From: Anthoceros angustus
Lineage: Eukaryota; Plantae; Anthocerotophyta
Assembly (NCBI GenBank): GCA_010909165.1
Contig: VJWM01000266.1
Coordinates: 62,001-126,000 of the forward strand
DNA length: 64,000 nt
Reading direction: 5' to 3'
Under the pieces are notes generated by a model, which worked only from the letters and a program-made list of their open reading frames with translations, made no database searches and was not told where the DNA came from. A program made the position numbers and the translations under genes. This document shows positions 62,268 through 64,000 of this stretch, one piece after another. How positions within the stretch are numbered: position 1 is the stretch's first letter; every line of letters begins with the position of its first letter.

Positions 62268-64000
62268 CAATGACGCCGAGCAAGATAATTGGCCCATGCC
62301 TCATCAACTTTCCGGATGGGCATCGGAGGAAGGAAGGGCTGCCGATTTCACCAACAGTTTCGAGGACAACCTTTTGGAGTGGGCGGTATCGAATATTCGT
62401 CAGGTAGTCTTCCTCCATATGCAATGCCGCCAAGCGCTCACTGTCGATTTCCACATGAACAGTATGAATCTCACTGCTGTCGGATGGTCAGGTGCCGCGC
62501 TTACCTGTCTTCCGACTTTGCGTGCCTTTGACTACTCCAAATTCTGTTCTGTTACTCCTTCCGCAATCCCCTTTGCCTGTTTTCTGCCTTTTGTGAAGTG
62601 GTGAGGAGTCGCTGGGAATATGGACACCTTCCTTGGAAGGGTGGGCGCCGGGGGCGGGCGCGCAGATAGCGTAGGCAAATGGTAATAGCATCCTAGGAAT
62701 AGAACCTTGGATAGGGTGCCATACTGGACCTAAGATCGTTCGGAATTGTAGGCGCGTCTCTTCACGTTTAGCTGTTTTTAGGACCTGAGAAATCTGGTGG
62801 CCTATGACGCCCCAGCCGATGTACAAAAGGGGCGGATCTTCCTCGCGCTCTCGATTCGCCCTCAGGCTTCCGTCCACACACCACACACACTTTAGTTTTC
62901 GGAACACAACCAACGGGGGAAAGGTGAGAGGAAGGGAAGCTTCATGAGCGTCTGACCGTTACGAGCAAGCTCCGGACCCGTCCGCGCCCGGTCCCTCGAT
63001 TTCCTCCTCCTTTGTGAGCGAGGAGCGCTCACTCACCCCCCTCTCCACCAGTTGCGGAGCAAGCTCTCAACCACCCCTAGGAGCGTCTCGCGCACACCAC
63101 CTCTACCAATCGGACGTCTCCAACTAGCCACATGTAGTGTGGGGATCTCAACCAAGAATTATCTGGCGTGGGGGGTGAGAGAAATGGAGAAGCGAGATGC
63201 GACGGGAGAAGAGTGGGTGAAGGTGAGCAGCATGTCTGTGATCACGAGGTGTGAAGCTATGAAGGAAGTTGGGAAGGAGAACTAATTGAGAGACTAAGGA
63301 AATTTGCAGCGGATCAAAGAGGATCCAAACCGGTCCTGTTGATGTGTGCGCGGTGGAAATAATGTTTCCATGTGTGTAAGTGTGGCGTCTTGGCGCGTGA
63401 GAGGGAGCGGTTGAAAGGGGATCTGTGGAAACCCAACCCCCTAAGTGCCAGTGTGTGTATGCAGGTAGAGTGCAAAATAAAGTCACGATCCGGTGCGGTG
63501 ATAGCCCCGTGGCGGAAACCACAGTGCCCGTAGCGTCAAAACTAAGTCGCTAGGATTAGAAGTGGGACCCACCTCGGTAGTCATAGCGCTACCGGTAGGA
63601 GTGGGAGTCGTGATTGGTAGCTCGAGGCGAAGGTGGTAGAATAAGAACCGCGGTTGTAGAATAAGGCGTGTGGTCGTAGGACAAGATTGGTGGTAGCTAG
63701 ACAGAGTCGGGAATAGTGGATGAGCGATAGACAAGAAGAGTGAGTCGTGAGTCACGATTTAGGCAAAGGTCAATAGTGATAGGTGTCGTGCGAAATACAC
63801 CTAGCCTCGACATGAACTCATGATCTGAGTTCTTAGCGGCTCTGCAGACCTTCTTTCACATCGTAGTCAAAAGCAGCTGAGGGTCTTTGTCTTGGCATCC
63901 TTCCGATCTAGCAGTCGCCCATCGTGATTGTGCGATGGCGACAACCAGTGAAAACTCCACATCCTTGTTTAGACCTCGAGGTTGCATTCCCCAAGGTCGT
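62268..64000 (-). repeat. Repeat of the unit ~59362-62190 (ParB-like N-terminus and upstream region, with one copy of the 560-bp segment)
   Basis: 62268-63220 matches 59362-60265 and 63220-64000 matches 61385-62192. Confidence 0.88.

Noticed and set aside
61990-62270. Possible SWIM/CxC zinc finger of a KDZ or Mutator transposase (HCCYAL...TLSCFDY)
   Set aside because: The Cys/His residues fall in different frames in the two copies and form no consistent motif.

Overview
Eukaryotic, plant-type heterochromatin-like window made almost entirely of nested, rearranged and heavily frameshifted LTR retrotransposons. The host is probably a non-flowering streptophyte, judged only from element types (inference). 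No intact host gene, rRNA/tRNA or CRISPR array was found. Family A is a Ty3/gypsy chromovirus on the minus strand with ~485-bp LTRs, an iMet-type PBS and a chromodomain. It forms a head-to-tail array with shared LTRs over 1-37.7 kb, and its LTR ends are non-canonical (AGTAAC...GTTACT, no TG...CA). Family B is a plus-strand non-chromovirus gypsy (Athila-like, Asp-type PBS, ~10120-26378) nested in the protease region of an A copy. Its ~3-kb LTRs carry coding-like sequence. Family C is a related Athila-like gypsy (minus strand, 36.85-46.96 kb; plus-strand gag copy 54.85-57.15 kb). It is adjoined by a minus-strand accessory ORF resembling plant retroelement 'Transposase_32-like' proteins (47-52.8 kb). 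A B-like fragment is interrupted by a short copia-type LTR (53516-53784). The last 7 kb holds an unclassified repeated unit encoding a degenerate ParB/Sulfiredoxin-fold-like protein (QIRKVDE...VLGGNHTYAAMRHL), which is the least explained signal here. Pervasive small indels, often at CG/CHG sites, and 0.2-1.4-kb local duplications suggest a noisy long-read assembly, so frameshifts and copy numbers are unreliable.
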